Shown here: one piece after another, positions 36,669 to 37,935 of the stretch
Layout: the number at the start of each line of letters is the position of its first letter
Numbering within the stretch: position 1 is the stretch's first letter
NCBI GenBank assembly: GCA_964594245.1
Contig: CAZQML010000220.1
Location: 1-37,935 of the forward strand
Direction of reading: 5' to 3'
DNA from: an uncultured Dehalococcoidales bacterium
GTDB lineage: Bacteria > Chloroflexota > Dehalococcoidia > GIF9 > AB-539-J10
Length of the DNA: 37,935 nucleotides
The notes under the pieces: model-generated
Seen by the model: the letters and a program-made list of their open reading frames with translations, nothing else
The model's database searches: none
Told to the model about the DNA's origin: nothing
Made by a program: the position numbers and the translations under genes

Positions 36669-37823
36669 CTAGGGAGTCATCAGGTCGGGATCAGGCTGTG
36701 TGAAATCCTTGTATATGCGGAAATTCTTGTCGAAGTCCGTCTGGGATTGGTAGACCTTGGCAAAGAACTCGTCCTCGACCGCAAGCTCCGCGTACTTCTC
36801 GTGCGCAAGCTTGGTGATGGCTATCTGCACATCATCAGGCAGTTTCACGAATTCGGTGCCGTAGTCCTTGAGGGCTCGAATCGCGATGGTATCAGCACCA
36901 TCAACCAGGGACCATGAGCGGACAAGCGACGCCTCGCAAGAGTGTGCGAAGATCGACTGCAGGTCGGCCGGAAGTGAGTTCCAGACGTCCTTGTTGAGCA
37001 GGACTTCGAACGCGGCCTGTGGTGCATGGATGCCAGGGCCATGGACGTAGGCGCCAAGCTCATGGAATCCTGCGCTGAAGTCGACGCCAGGGGTGCTGAA
37101 CTCGAACGCGTCGATGACGCCGCGCTGCAAGGCCTCGTAGACCTCGCCGCCGGGCATGGTCACGACCGATGCACCGGCCTCATTGAGCATCTCGCCCCAG
37201 ATACCGGCGGTCCTGAACTTCATGCCTTCGAAGCTTTCCATGCCGGTCACAGGCTCTGCGAACCAGCCAAACAGCTCTGCAGAGGTCATGCCGCCCAGGA
37301 ATGCCTTGACGTTGAGACCCTTGCGGTCATACATCTCCTGGTGCAGGGCGGCTCCGCCGCCATCGAAGTACCAGACGATGAACTCCCACGGGTCTGTGCC
37401 GGCAGGATACAGGTTGAACAGGTCGCCGGCGAAACCAATCTCGCTGGTGTGGTAGTGGGAGCCGGTGTAGGTGGCATCGAGTACTCCCTCATGAACCGCG
37501 CGCATTTCCTTCAGTGCGTCCACGACAGCGCCAGCGGCGTTCATGGTGGCGTCGAAGCGGCCGCCGGACATGTCGTTCAAGGACATGGCCCAGTTGTTAC
37601 CAGCCTGGTACATAATGAAGCCGGTCGGGAATGGCGTCTGCATTCTGAGCTCGAAGACCTCACCTTCAGGAGCAGATGGGGCTTCCTCCTCTTCCTCTTC
37701 GGCAGCCGGTGCCTCTTCCTCTTCTTCGGCGGGTACAGCTGCCTCCGGGGCGCAGCCGACAATCACGAGACTCGCAATTGCCATGACCGCCACCATCATC
37801 AAAACAAATCGTCGTCCTTTCAA
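36669..37823 (-). CDS. dctP: TRAP transporter solute receptor, DctP family (COG4663-like), lipoprotein-anchored
   Basis: TTG start at 37823 after AAGGGAGGTGAG. The signal peptide ends in a lipobox (LVIVGC), followed by an acidic linker. The DctP-type core reads ..GEVYEALQRGVIDAFEFSTPGVDFSAGFHE..LLNKDVWNSLPADLQ. Confidence 0.85.
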   Translation of the reverse strand: MKGRRFVLMMVAVMAIASLVIVGCAPEAAVPAEEEEEAPAAEEEEEEAPSAPEGEVFELRMQTPFPTGFIMYQAGNNWAMSLNDMSGGRFDATMNAAGAVVDALKEMRAVHEGVLDATYTGSHYHTSEIGFAGDLFNLYPAGTDPWEFIVWYFDGGGAALHQEMYDRKGLNVKAFLGGMTSAELFGWFAEPVTGMESFEGMKFRTAGIWGEMLNEAGASVVTMPGGEVYEALQRGVIDAFEFSTPGVDFSAGFHELGAYVHGPGIHAPQAAFEVLLNKDVWNSLPADLQSIFAHSCEASLVRSWSLVDGADTIAIRALKDYGTEFVKLPDDVQIAITKLAHEKYAELAVEDEFFAKVYQSQTDFDKNFRIYKDFTQPDPDLMTP

Positions 37824-37891
37824 AGTCTCACCTCCCTTATGGTGTGCGATTGTGGGGAGTCAGGGGGCTCGCGAACCGCACGTATACTTGT

Positions 37892-37920
37892 ATGATAGAC
37901 ACGCTATTGGCATACGTCAA
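37892..37920 (-). promoter_or_regulatory. Candidate sigma70 promoter of the TRAP operon
   Basis: On the minus strand: TTGACG (37920-37915), 17-nt spacer, TATCAT (37897-37892). Confidence 0.45.
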
Positions 37921-37935
37921 GCACGCGCAGTCGTC

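Noticed and set aside
37026-37895. 289-aa + strand ORF
   Set aside because: It is antisense to the TRAP solute-receptor gene and has no motifs.

Overview
GC-rich bacterial chromosomal window with about 45 protein genes and one tRNA. I saw no rRNA, CRISPR array, IS element or integrase. Layout: (1) nt 1-5300, + strand: the distal ribosomal-protein/alpha operon (map-infA-rpmJ-rpsM-rpsK-rpsD-rpoA-rplQ-truA-rplM-rpsI), ending in a clean intrinsic terminator. (2) nt 5400-6400: two small orphan genes, one of them GIY-YIG-like, followed by a stand-alone tRNA-Ile(GAU). (3) nt 6430-9921, - strand: a Na+-pumping biotin-dependent acyl-CoA decarboxylase cluster (OadG-like, beta, carboxyltransferase, biotin carrier). 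(4) recA-recX, a crotonase-family gene and a DUF1461/Lit-like membrane protein (- strand), then dnaE (+ strand). (5) nt 16846-21934, - strand: a tightly packed 9-gene array (ogt, hpf, comF, Zn-ribbon, thpR, amidohydrolase, RNase-H-like exonuclease, split permease). (6) NUDIX gene, ligA, an RCK-gated K+ channel, and a tgt-yhhQ-nnr operon. (7) nt 30004-33650, the most unusual part: a tubulin/FtsZ-superfamily GTPase with a mix of tubulin and FtsZ motifs (CetZ-like) and an FtsZ-type C-terminal tail. It is convergent with two Ala/Glu-rich repeat proteins, one with a strict 11-residue period and one with a 25-residue period. (8) A CN-hydrolase and a DctPQM-type TRAP transporter whose lipoprotein-type solute receptor suggests a monoderm-like envelope. 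Several sigma70-like promoters (TTGACA-17-TAnnAT, or extended -10 TGnTAnAnT) are readable, and two of them imply leaderless mRNAs. Everything is from reading the sequence and ORF translations and from remembered family motifs; no searches were run.
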